Below are positions 1 through 8,352 of a stretch of 16,122 bases of DNA, piece by piece (position 1 is the stretch's first letter; every line of letters starts with the position of its first letter). This DNA is from Candidatus Thorarchaeota archaeon (lineage in GTDB: Archaea; Asgardarchaeota; Thorarchaeia; Thorarchaeales; Thorarchaeaceae). Below the pieces are notes generated by a model. The model did no database searches and had not been told where the DNA came from. It saw only the letters and a program-made list of their open reading frames with translations. The translations under genes and the position numbers were made by a program. The stretch is taken from positions 1-16,122 of the forward strand of contig RDNZ01000054.1 of NCBI GenBank assembly GCA_011364905.1. The letters run 5' to 3'.

Positions 1-44
1 TACAACACCGCTCATATCCTGTGTTGGAATGAGTATTCTAGTTG

Positions 45-521
45 TCACCTGTTCCACCCCCCTCTACGACGACCTCGTCCACCACCACGACCCCCACCTC
101 GTCCCATCCCCATCCCGTAGCCATATCCCATTCCGAGTCCTCGGCCTGGACCGCCCTGGCCCCTTCCGACATTCGAGGGTCCTGGGGTTGCTAGTTCCTG
201 CAACATGTTCTTGTTATAGTTCTCTATTACTGATCTGATTGTGCCTGAAACGCCAGAAAGTATTCTGACTCCTGCGTCTTTCAACGCAGGAAATGCATTC
301 GGACCAACACTTCCAGTGAGAACAGCTTCGATATTCATAGATGTGACAGTCTGGGCCGCTCTTATTCCAGCACCTCCTGATGTCATTGCTGCCTCATTTG
401 ATACAGCCTCAAAGTCGAGTGTTTCAGGATCTGCAATTATGAAATATGCACACCTACCAAATCGAGGGTCGACCATTGAGTCCAAGGTCGGTCCCGATGA
501 GGTTACACAGATTTTCGTCAT
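45..521 (-). CDS. NifB/NifX-family (dinitrogenase FeMo-cofactor biosynthesis-like, MTH1175/COG1433-type) protein with Gly/Arg-rich tail
   Basis: Motifs KICVTS, VDPRFGRCAYF, GGAGIRAAQ, VLTGSVGPNAF; C-terminal GRGGGRGGGRG tail. Start moved from 557 to the ATG at 521: it has a GAGGG SD-like site upstream, and the 557 ATG lies inside an operator-like palindrome. Confidence 0.88.
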   Translation of the reverse strand: MTKICVTSSGPTLDSMVDPRFGRCAYFIIADPETLDFEAVSNEAAMTSGGAGIRAAQTVTSMNIEAVLTGSVGPNAFPALKDAGVRILSGVSGTIRSVIENYNKNMLQELATPGPSNVGRGQGGPGRGLGMGYGYGMGMGRGGGRGGGRGRRRGGWNR

Positions 522-541
522 TATTTCTTTCCCTCTTAATA

Positions 542-586
542 ATGAATCTATATTCATTATTAATTATGAATCAGGATTCATATAAA
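542..586 (-). promoter_or_regulatory. Tandem palindromic operators ATGAAT-N4-ATTCAT (ArsR/SmtB-like) next to a TATA box
   Basis: ATGAATCTATATTCAT (542-557) and ATGAATCAGGATTCAT (566-581), 24 nt apart. Minus-strand TTTATA at 581-586. Confidence 0.65.
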
Positions 587-636
587 GTCATCGATACATC
601 ATCACACTAAAGTGCAATCAATTACTGTACAATACT

Positions 637-798
637 ATGACAAAGGAAGTAAATGGACTGTTCATGTGCGAAGAATGTCATCTTCTCTACAAGAACAAGG
701 ATCTTGCCCAAAAATGCGAAGACTGGTGCAGAGAGAAGAAGTCATGCAATCTTGAGATAACTAGGCATGCAGTGAACAAGTCCGAACTGTCTCTCTGA
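637..798 (+). CDS. Small Cys-rich zinc-finger-like protein, 53 aa (not in ORF track)
   Basis: MTKEVNGLFMCEECHLLYKNKDLAQKCEDWCREKKSCNLEITRHAVNKSELSL. ATG 637, TGA 796-798, CxxC-x12-CxxxC pattern; fills the gap before the acyl-CoA synthetase. Confidence 0.8.
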   Translation: MTKEVNGLFMCEECHLLYKNKDLAQKCEDWCREKKSCNLEITRHAVNKSELSL

Positions 799-850
799 TT
801 TTGGAAATCCTGTAATCACTACCATGATATAGGAGATTGCATACCTCTGG

Positions 851-2848
851 ATGGTTACAGATTCAAATTTCAAACCTATAGAGGCTTGTCCATTGAAAGA
901 AACTTTTGAGTTCGGAGGCGAGATTGTCTGGCGGCCGACGCCAGAACATGTGAAGAATGCCAATCTCACAAGGTTCATGGAGCAGCACAACATAGATAGC
1001 TTTGATGAGCTCCTGAAACGCTCCACCGAAGATGTCAGTTGGTTCACTGATGCAGTTCTCAAGTTCCTAGACATTCGATTCTATGAACCATATACGAACG
1101 TTGTAGACCTCTCACGAGGCATTGCTTGGCCAAAATGGTGTGTCGATGCGAAGATGAACATTGTTCACAATTGCCTTGACAAGTATATCGGGACAGAAGT
1201 CGAGAAGCGAAACGCTTTGATTTGGGAGGGAGAGGATGGAACTACTAGATTGATGACCTATGGCGAGTTGTATAGAGAAGTGAACAAGGCTGCAAATGGA
1301 CTTCGTTCAATTGGACTTGGTTGTGGAGACCCTATTGGAATCTACATGCCAATGGTTCCAGAAACCGTAGTGGCGTTACTTGCAATAGCTAAGATCGGTG
1401 GAGTAATACTGCCTCTGTTCTCAGGCTTCGGAGTTGATGCTATTGTGGAGCGACTGTCCGATGCTGACACGAAGGCGCTCTTTACAGTTGATGGAGCTGT
1501 TCGCAGAGGAAGTATCATTCCTATGAAACCTGTGGCTGACGAGGCTGCAAAACGAATCCCGACTCTCAAGCATATGATAGTTCTGAATCTCTCAGACGCC
1601 TCAATTCATATAGATTCTCGCCATGACCACTGGTGGGAAGAACTGATAACAAATCAACCTGCAACTGCATCCACGGAAATCACTGATGCTGAATCTCCTT
1701 TGATGATAATTTATACTTCTGGGACCACTGGTTTGGCAAAAGGAGCTGTTCATACCCATTGTGGATTCCCTGTGAAATCAGCACAAGACATGTCTTTTGG
1801 CACAGACCTGCACAAAGGCGAAACTATCTGGTGGAACTCTGACCTTGGCTGGATGATGGGGCCTTGGCTAATCTTCGGGTCTCTGATACTGGGTGGAACT
1901 TTTCTGCTCTATGATGGTGCTCCGGACTATCCTGGCCCAGGTCGAATGTGGGAGATTGTAGAGAAGCATAAGATCTCGATACTCGGGGTTTCGCCCACAC
2001 TGATTCGGCTCTTGATGACTCATGGAGAGGATCCTGTAAGGCCTCATGACCTGTCATCTCTCCGTTACTTTGGTTCCACAGGTGAACCTTGGAATCCGAA
2101 TCCATGGATGTGGCTCTTTGAAACCGTTGGGAAAAAGAGAATTCCAATAATCAATTACTCTGGTGGGACGGAGATATCAGGGGGCATTGTGATGGGAAAC
2201 CCACTCTTACCTCTGAAGGCCTGTGCATTCTCTGGACCGTGTCCAGGAATCGCTGCGGATGTGTTCGACGAAGATGGTAAATCGATACGGAATAAAGTAG
2301 GAGAGTTGGTCATAAAATCCCCCTGGATTGGGATGACGCGCGGATTCTGGAAGAATCCCAAGAGGTATGAGAACACATACTGGTCCCGGTGGGAAAATGT
2401 CTGGGTTCATGGTGATTTTGCTGCGATTGATTCCGATGGGCTTTGGTACATTCTAGGAAGATCTGACGACATCATTAAAGTGGCTGGGAAACGATTCGGA
2501 CCTGCTGAGGCTGAATCCGTGCTAGTCAGTCATCCTGCTGTGGCTGAGGCAGCAACAATAGGTGTACCACATGAGATCAAACTCAACGAACTTGTGGTCT
2601 TCTGTGTACTTGTCCCAGGCGTGGAGCCTTCAGAGGAACTAAGAAAAGAGCTCAAACAGTCTGTTGCGATTGCAATGGGGAAGCCTCTGACACCAAAGGC
2701 GGTCCTCTTTGTGTCCGATTTACCCAAGACTAGGAACGCAAAAGTGATGCGAAGAATGATACGCGCTGCCTACTTGGGCGAAGATCCAGGTGATACATCA
2801 TCACTAGTGAATCCTGATGCTGTCGAAGAAATCAGACGTGCCAAATGA
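851..2848 (+). CDS. AMP-forming acyl-CoA synthetase (acetate/acetoacetate-CoA ligase-like)
   Basis: YTSGTTGLAKG, TGEPWN, YSGGTE, HGD, GRSDDIIKVAGKR and PKTRNAK (A10 Lys) motifs; N-terminal NIVHNCLD. Confidence 0.93.
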   Translation: MVTDSNFKPIEACPLKETFEFGGEIVWRPTPEHVKNANLTRFMEQHNIDSFDELLKRSTEDVSWFTDAVLKFLDIRFYEPYTNVVDLSRGIAWPKWCVDAKMNIVHNCLDKYIGTEVEKRNALIWEGEDGTTRLMTYGELYREVNKAANGLRSIGLGCGDPIGIYMPMVPETVVALLAIAKIGGVILPLFSGFGVDAIVERLSDADTKALFTVDGAVRRGSIIPMKPVADEAAKRIPTLKHMIVLNLSDASIHIDSRHDHWWEELITNQPATASTEITDAESPLMIIYTSGTTGLAKGAVHTHCGFPVKSAQDMSFGTDLHKGETIWWNSDLGWMMGPWLIFGSLILGGTFLLYDGAPDYPGPGRMWEIVEKHKISILGVSPTLIRLLMTHGEDPVRPHDLSSLRYFGSTGEPWNPNPWMWLFETVGKKRIPIINYSGGTEISGGIVMGNPLLPLKACAFSGPCPGIAADVFDEDGKSIRNKVGELVIKSPWIGMTRGFWKNPKRYENTYWSRWENVWVHGDFAAIDSDGLWYILGRSDDIIKVAGKRFGPAEAESVLVSHPAVAEAATIGVPHEIKLNELVVFCVLVPGVEPSEELRKELKQSVAIAMGKPLTPKAVLFVSDLPKTRNAKVMRRMIRAAYLGEDPGDTSSLVNPDAVEEIRRAK

Positions 2849-2854
2849 GTTGTA

Positions 2855-2903
2855 CAAAAAGAGAAGAAGATCGGAAATTCATCCTTAGAAGGAGAATCTC
2901 CGA
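2855..2903 (-). terminator. Hairpin plus pyrimidine/U tract; likely 3' end of a minus-strand transcript
   Basis: Minus strand TCGGAGATTC-TCCT-tcta-AGGA-t-GAATTTCCGA (2903-2871; the G-U pair forms only on the minus strand), followed by TCTTCTTCTCTTTTTG. Confidence 0.55.
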
Positions 2904-3053
2904 CCTCATGATATTGCTTCTTCTTTTCAACAGAAGGTGTTCCAGTCTTGGTTGTCTTCTAGGCTAGTGTGTCTTAGACAGAACACCCCATCCTATGTCA
3001 AGACCTAGACAAGATAGGAAGACTGCTACTAGGCTGGATAAGACGCTCTGGAA

Positions 3054-3137
3054 TTACCAGTCGTCGTCATCATCGTCTTCCCAGTCATCGTCGTAGTCGT
3101 CGTCGCCATCCCAAGTATCTTCATCATCGAAGTGCAT
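3054..3137 (-). CDS. Hyper-acidic Trp-containing microprotein 1, 27 aa (not in ORF track)
   Basis: MHFDDEDTWDGDDDYDDDWEDDDDDDW*. SD GAGGTGA (3142-3148) 4 nt before ATG; mixed GAT/GAC codons; paralog at 7361-7441. Confidence 0.78.
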   Translation of the reverse strand: MHFDDEDTWDGDDDYDDDWEDDDDDDW

Positions 3138-3404
3138 GATGTCACCTCATACAATGAGTCACCCAATAAAGAGTAAAATTATTCTAATGTTTACTAGTCC
3201 CATCAAAAAGTTCAAAATGATAGAAAAGAGGTTTATAAGCTCTAGAAAAATATTCTAAAGGTCTATCAAGGCATTTTACCAAGATACAAGTATTTAAACA
3301 TGCTAGACAAAGATATTAACGACTATTGTAGTCGCCCAATTGTGTCACCAAAGACTCCATAATATTTCTTATAACAATTCGAAGGGACCACGTGCTATTG
3401 AACA

Positions 3405-4244
3405 ATGACAGAAGTAAGTGTTAATGAAATCCTTCAAGCGGAATCCGAACTGAAAGGCGATTCCAGATTGGTCATTTTACTTGGTTCTCCCGAGGGAATA
3501 AAAGGCATTTCCAAAAAGCTGTCTGCTCTGGAAGGAGTCATAAGGATCAGAAAGGGCTCGTTTATCATCCATGGATTCTCGGAAATCCACGAGGCAATCT
3601 TGGAATCTCAAAAACGGGTTTCGTTCATTAAGACACGAGAAATCCCCACAGTACGAACGAAGTTAGAGGATCCATACACAGAGAGAGTCTACTCACTTGT
3701 TTCATTTAGTTACAACAATCCAACAGCACAACAGAAGAAGTACGTGGAGCGTCTTCTCAGAAAGACCACTGGAATCCGACTCAGACCTGGTGTGATTCTC
3801 TTTCCACTTCTCAGGTCCAAGGAACAGCGGAGGATTCTAGGGTCTGAGGATTCTAGGGTGTTAATTGATTCAATAGACTTCAGTAAAATGGTTCGTGAGA
3901 ATGGAGGCAAAGCGTTACGCTGGTCTCGGCTTAAGATTGTCAATTGTGAAGGGAGTTCTCATGTCAGGCACGCTGTTGAACGTACCCTTCATACAGACTT
4001 GAGTGCTCTAGAGGAGAAAATACGGTCTCTCCGGGAACACTGCAAAAATCCTACCACTCCAATTGGTAAATTGAAGAAGAACTATACAGTACTATCACGC
4101 AACTTTCGAAGACTGAAAACGAAATGGATGTTGGCAAAGAAGCTTTGGTTCTATGATGCAGAAAAGGCACTCAAACGAACTTACAATATGCTGATCAGTA
4201 CAAGACGCGCCATCTCAACTGTGGAAACCTTGCGGACTGGTTGA
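3405..4244 (+). CDS. Basic hypothetical protein; possible Cas2/PaaX-central/ChrB_N-like ferredoxin-fold domain(s) plus helical C-terminus
   Basis: 279-aa ORF, TTATAA at 3369-3374. Segment YSLVSFSYNNPTAQQKKYVERLLRKTTGIRLRPGVILFP follows the beta-alpha-beta-beta pattern of PaaX/ChrB_N. Confidence refers to the CDS; the fold call is weak. Confidence 0.75.
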   Translation: MTEVSVNEILQAESELKGDSRLVILLGSPEGIKGISKKLSALEGVIRIRKGSFIIHGFSEIHEAILESQKRVSFIKTREIPTVRTKLEDPYTERVYSLVSFSYNNPTAQQKKYVERLLRKTTGIRLRPGVILFPLLRSKEQRRILGSEDSRVLIDSIDFSKMVRENGGKALRWSRLKIVNCEGSSHVRHAVERTLHTDLSALEEKIRSLREHCKNPTTPIGKLKKNYTVLSRNFRRLKTKWMLAKKLWFYDAEKALKRTYNMLISTRRAISTVETLRTG

Positions 4245-4266
4245 CATCCATATCCTGACCATTCCA

Positions 4267-6276
4267 CTATGAATCACAATTTTGGCATCCAGGATAGAGA
4301 ACCTGAACTCCACCCAGGCATCCATCCCTGAACACTGTTGTTCCTTTGAGATGAAGTTGGTTGGCTAGCATGAATATCCTCTCAATGTCCTCAGTTGTAG
4401 CGCTGTTCGGAAGATTGACCGTCTTGCTCACAGCATTGTCTGTGTGCTTCTGAAACGCTGCCTGCATTCGAATGTGCCATTCAGGATCTATCTCTTGAGC
4501 TGCTTTGAAGACCTGTTTGACATCATCGGGGATTTCATCAATGTGCTGGACAGAGCCAGTCTTTGCAACCTCACTTTCAATGGTATCATTCCAGAAACCT
4601 CTTTCGACTGCAGCCTTTTCAAATAAGGGACTTACCTCACTGAGATAGATTCCTTCTGCCAGCATCCGACTGTGCGCAATGGCAAATAGAGGTTCAATTC
4701 CGCTGCTAGTCTGGGCAATCAAGCTAATGCTGCCCGTTGGTGCGACAGTTATCAAAGAGGCATTTCGTTTCCACTTATTCCGCTTCTTCAACAACGCGAA
4801 GTTCTCAAAGTTCCCTCTAATCTTTGCCAACTCACTTGATGCTCTCTCAGCCCTTTGACGTATGAAGGACATCACTTCCTCAGCTTTCTCAAGGCCCTTC
4901 TCGGAGTCATAAGGGATTCCCAATTTAATCAGGAGCTCTGCGAAGCCCATTATTCCCAGTCCAATCTTTCGGTTTGCTTTTGTGACCTGCTCAATCTCCC
5001 TCACTGGATAGACATTCAAGTCGATGATGTTATCCAAAAAGCGAACCGCAAGTCGAACCACTTCTTCAAGTCTTTGCCAATTGATTTCTCTCTCTTTTAC
5101 CATTCGCGAGAGGTTGATACTTCCAAGCACGCAAGACTCGTAGGGTAGTAGTGGTTGTTCGCCGCACGGGTTGGTTGATTCAATCAAATCCCCGCTTAGT
5201 GGATGTTCATCATTGATACGGTCTATGAATATGATCCCGGGGTCTCCAGTGCTCCAAGCATTATGTACGATTGCATCAAACACTACTCTTGCACTGATGC
5301 TTTGAGTCACCTCACTGTTATTAGGAGCTACCAATTCGATATCTTCGTCTTTCTGTAGAGCATCAATGAATTTCTCTGTCAGAGCTATTGAGATGTTGAA
5401 ATTCCTGAAAGATTGCTTATCAGACTTGCATGAGATAAACTCCATGATGTCTGGATGATCGCATCGAAGTATGGCCATGTTTGCCCCTCTACGGCGTCCT
5501 CCCTGTTTGATAATCTCGGTTGCAGTATCATAAACTCTCATGAAAGAAATCGGACCGCTTGCAACCCCTCCCGTGGTCCCGACAGTTGACCCAACCGGTC
5601 TTAGTCTGGAGAATGAAAAGCCGGTGCCTCCACCTGATTTCTGGACCACAGCCATATGTTTGAGCGATGTGAAAATAGAATCCATGTTATCTTCGATTGG
5701 CAGTACAAAACATGCACTACATTGACCAATCTCAGTACCAGCATTAAACAGAGTCGGACTGTTTGGCAGAAATTCGAGATTTGCCATCATGTAGTAGAAC
5801 AAATCATCATACTCTTTCACATCAGCAGTCTCATCATACTTTTTCTCGATGCTTGCTACTGCTCCTGAAACTCTCCGAAAAAGCTGTGAAGGGGTTTCTG
5901 TTGGATTACCATCCTCATCTTTGAGAAGATATCTTGACAGCACAGTTGCTGCATTTGGTCCAAACTTAAGATCATCAACAACTCCCATCATCTGGAGTAT
6001 CTTTCGAGCCTCATTGTGTTTCTCACGATACTTCATGTATCGACGAGCAATCTCAGTGAATCCCCGTAGCATGAGTGTGTCTTCTACAATGTCCTGTATC
6101 TCCTCAATATGGATTATTTCGCGATTTTTTTCGTGAATGATTTGGACTACCTCTTTCGTCAGACCTCGAACCGGACCAGTGTCGGCATTGATTGATTCGA
6201 AGGCCTTTGTAATAGCTGCCTCAATCTTTGAATCATCAAACTCCACTATTCTCTTGTCTCGTTTCTCTACTTTCAA
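4267..6276 (-). CDS. nrdJ: Adenosylcobalamin-dependent (class II) ribonucleotide reductase with N-terminal ATP-cone
   Basis: ATP-cone VEKRDKRIVEFDDSKIEAAI; PNSPTLFNAG, CSACFV, GGGTG, TNPCGEQPL, APTGSIS, KGTTVFRDG; C-terminal CQNC. TTG start with GAGGAG SD. Confidence 0.94.
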   Translation of the reverse strand: MKVEKRDKRIVEFDDSKIEAAITKAFESINADTGPVRGLTKEVVQIIHEKNREIIHIEEIQDIVEDTLMLRGFTEIARRYMKYREKHNEARKILQMMGVVDDLKFGPNAATVLSRYLLKDEDGNPTETPSQLFRRVSGAVASIEKKYDETADVKEYDDLFYYMMANLEFLPNSPTLFNAGTEIGQCSACFVLPIEDNMDSIFTSLKHMAVVQKSGGGTGFSFSRLRPVGSTVGTTGGVASGPISFMRVYDTATEIIKQGGRRRGANMAILRCDHPDIMEFISCKSDKQSFRNFNISIALTEKFIDALQKDEDIELVAPNNSEVTQSISARVVFDAIVHNAWSTGDPGIIFIDRINDEHPLSGDLIESTNPCGEQPLLPYESCVLGSINLSRMVKEREINWQRLEEVVRLAVRFLDNIIDLNVYPVREIEQVTKANRKIGLGIMGFAELLIKLGIPYDSEKGLEKAEEVMSFIRQRAERASSELAKIRGNFENFALLKKRNKWKRNASLITVAPTGSISLIAQTSSGIEPLFAIAHSRMLAEGIYLSEVSPLFEKAAVERGFWNDTIESEVAKTGSVQHIDEIPDDVKQVFKAAQEIDPEWHIRMQAAFQKHTDNAVSKTVNLPNSATTEDIERIFMLANQLHLKGTTVFRDGCLGGVQVLYPGCQNCDS

Positions 6277-6401
6277 CTTGGCTTCTCCTCACCGGCGGAT
6301 GTTCTCTCACATGTCAAACTGCTTGTACTCCTATAAGCCCCCCTTCTATATTTGCTTCCCGTTATCCATCTCTTGGGGTATTGGAATCTAGAGCATCTAC
6401 A

Positions 6402-7196
6402 CTATTTACAGGTCGCTCGAACAAAATACACTGGATCAGCTTTCGAATATCGGAATCCCATATTCTCATAGAGATTCTGTGCTGCAAGGTTGTCAGCAAA
6501 GTAGTGTAGGACAGCCAATTCAGAGGTTTCCAGCACATCTTCAACAACGGCCTTGACACAAGCAGCTGCATACCCTTTTCGTCTGTGACTAGGATGTGTA
6601 GCTATGTTCCCTATCTCTGTCCCATAGGGAGTGACATAGTGAACCCCTGCAACTGAAGTAATCTCTCCATCATCTTCAACAATTCCGTAGAATGGTCCCA
6701 AGTCCATAGCATTTGGAGTCCATGCCGGTGTTCCACTGATTCTATACAATTCTCTAAGTGGCTTTGCATCTTTCATGGTTAACCTGACTGGTGATGATTT
6801 ACAATCACAGTGTAGTTCAGTGGTTCGATCAGCGACCATCTGTCGCTCCTCAATTGGCTTTAGAATAACACAAGCGCTTTCGAATTGGTCAAGCTGTTCC
6901 TTAGTGCATATTGCCACAAACTCCTTTCCAACCAGTCTATCTGAATAATCATTCATGATTTGTTGCAACGACTTAACATTTCTACACCAAAATGCAGTGG
7001 CCAAGAAGTTCAAGTCGCTATAGAGTGAGAAGACTGCGTCAACTCGGCTGTCAGTGGTCAATACTCGGACATCGCACCACTGCCTAAGCTGTGTGCAATC
7101 GGCAATCAGTACGATGTTAGATAAAGACTCCTTCGAAAGAGTCTTCAGCACATCATCAACTAAGGCATCAGTTAGCTTTCGAATTCGTTGAGCCAT
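6402..7196 (-). CDS. GNAT-family N-acetyltransferase (FR47-like C-terminal domain)
   Basis: EIGNIATHPSHRRKGYA (acetyl-CoA motif A) and NLAAQNLYENMGF (motif B). Confidence 0.88.
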   Translation of the reverse strand: MAQRIRKLTDALVDDVLKTLSKESLSNIVLIADCTQLRQWCDVRVLTTDSRVDAVFSLYSDLNFLATAFWCRNVKSLQQIMNDYSDRLVGKEFVAICTKEQLDQFESACVILKPIEERQMVADRTTELHCDCKSSPVRLTMKDAKPLRELYRISGTPAWTPNAMDLGPFYGIVEDDGEITSVAGVHYVTPYGTEIGNIATHPSHRRKGYAAACVKAVVEDVLETSELAVLHYFADNLAAQNLYENMGFRYSKADPVYFVRATCK

Positions 7197-7360
7197 AACA
7201 AGACTTGGTTGTTTTCACCTTAAATCAGTGGCTGTTTAATCAAGATGGTTAGGTGGAGTATACCGAAACCAGTGGTTGTTTCAACTGGCTTATTTGAAAC
7301 TCTACTCCGCCTTTGTGATGAATTCCAATCCAGGAAATCTCATACAATTGCTGATATGGG

Positions 7361-7441
7361 CTACCAATCATCATCATTGTCATCCCAGTCATCATCGTCC
7401 CATTCTTCCTCTTCTAAAAGATCGTCTTCATCGAAGTGCAT
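7361..7441 (-). CDS. Hyper-acidic Trp-containing microprotein 2, 26 aa (not in ORF track)
   Basis: MHFDEDDLLEEEEWDDDDWDDNDDDW*. SD GAGGCGA (7446-7452) 4 nt before ATG; paralog at 3054-3137. Confidence 0.78.
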   Translation of the reverse strand: MHFDEDDLLEEEEWDDDDWDDNDDDW

Positions 7442-7506
7442 GTTTTCGCCTCGGAAATCAAGAGCTGACAAGATAATTGCACATTGGAGCTTTAATGGAT
7501 TTCTGA

Positions 7507-8319
7507 TTAATAGACATCCAAATCATGACCTGAAATAATCTTTCCACTATACAATTCAGAGACCTCTGACAACAGGTCTTTCTCTGTGCGTCCCCATAGA
7601 AGTTGATGATACATTATCAAAAGACCTGGCTTGACCTGATTGACAATACCCGCCAATTCGTAGGATGATGTATGGACCGTTGAATGGTACCTCTGCCATG
7701 CCTCGGTTCTGCTCTCAAGTCCAACAGCAGAGTATACCTCATGAATCAGAACATCGCACCCCTTTGCCACTTCGATGAGTTTCTGCGACGGACTAGTGTC
7801 CCCTGAAATAACGTAGGTCCTATCCGGAGTCACAAACCTGAATCCATAGGCTTTCAATGAACCATGATTGACCCGGAATGCATCAACCTCAATACGGTCA
7901 TCTTGGTAGATTTTTCCCTCCGCTATCTCATGTGTATTGACAATGTAAGAAGCCATTACAGCTGGTTCTAAACCACTGACGCGTTCATTCACATCCGCCT
8001 CGTAGGCTGCCATGATATGATTGGTCATGTTAGTGAGCCCCTGAGGGCCATATACTTCAAGGGGGTCCGTTCTCCCAGCTACTCCAGGTGTGAAAATGAG
8101 GTCCGGATATCCTATGGTGTGGTCTGAGTGGAGATGGGTTAAGAAAGCTCTAGTGAGTTTCGTGACATCAAGACCGGCTTGCACTGCCCGTCGTACTACA
8201 CCTGTACCAAAGTCAATGATGTAAACTAATCCATTCACTGCTATTGCTATTGAAGGACCTGCCCTATTAGCATCTGGATTTGGAGTTCCAGTTCCTAAGA
8301 GAATGAGCTTGCTTTTCAA
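7507..8319 (-). CDS. MBL-fold metallo-hydrolase, RNase Z/arylsulfatase-like
   Basis: LLGTGTP, IDFG, THLHSDH (HxHxDH), VNHG, SGDT, LIHE, HTS, YH motifs. Confidence 0.9.
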   Translation of the reverse strand: MKSKLILLGTGTPNPDANRAGPSIAIAVNGLVYIIDFGTGVVRRAVQAGLDVTKLTRAFLTHLHSDHTIGYPDLIFTPGVAGRTDPLEVYGPQGLTNMTNHIMAAYEADVNERVSGLEPAVMASYIVNTHEIAEGKIYQDDRIEVDAFRVNHGSLKAYGFRFVTPDRTYVISGDTSPSQKLIEVAKGCDVLIHEVYSAVGLESRTEAWQRYHSTVHTSSYELAGIVNQVKPGLLIMYHQLLWGRTEKDLLSEVSELYSGKIISGHDLDVY

Positions 8320-8352
8320 GTAGGATCCCTCGTAGAGTGTCGCCTGTTTGAA

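Noticed and set aside
1-15. Possible start of a downstream minus-strand gene (ATG AGC GGT GTT GTA)
   Set aside because: Only five codons are visible at the window edge.
45-170. Gly/Arg-rich low-complexity tail as a novel RGG protein or DNA repeat
   Set aside because: Such tails are common on MTH1175/COG1433-type proteins.
3057-3128. (TCG/TCA)n trinucleotide run as a microsatellite or non-coding repeat
   Set aside because: Third-position variation, in-frame Trp codons, start, stop and SD fit a coding sequence.
4267-6276. Intein in nrdJ or a cobalamin riboswitch upstream
   Set aside because: The catalytic motifs are contiguous, the protein is compact, and no B12-box-like sequence is seen upstream.
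7245-7538. Ser-rich 97-aa and His-rich 66-aa plus-strand ORFs in the track
   Set aside because: They are antisense shadows of the GAT/GAC/GAA codons of acidic peptide 2, which has an SD and a paralog.
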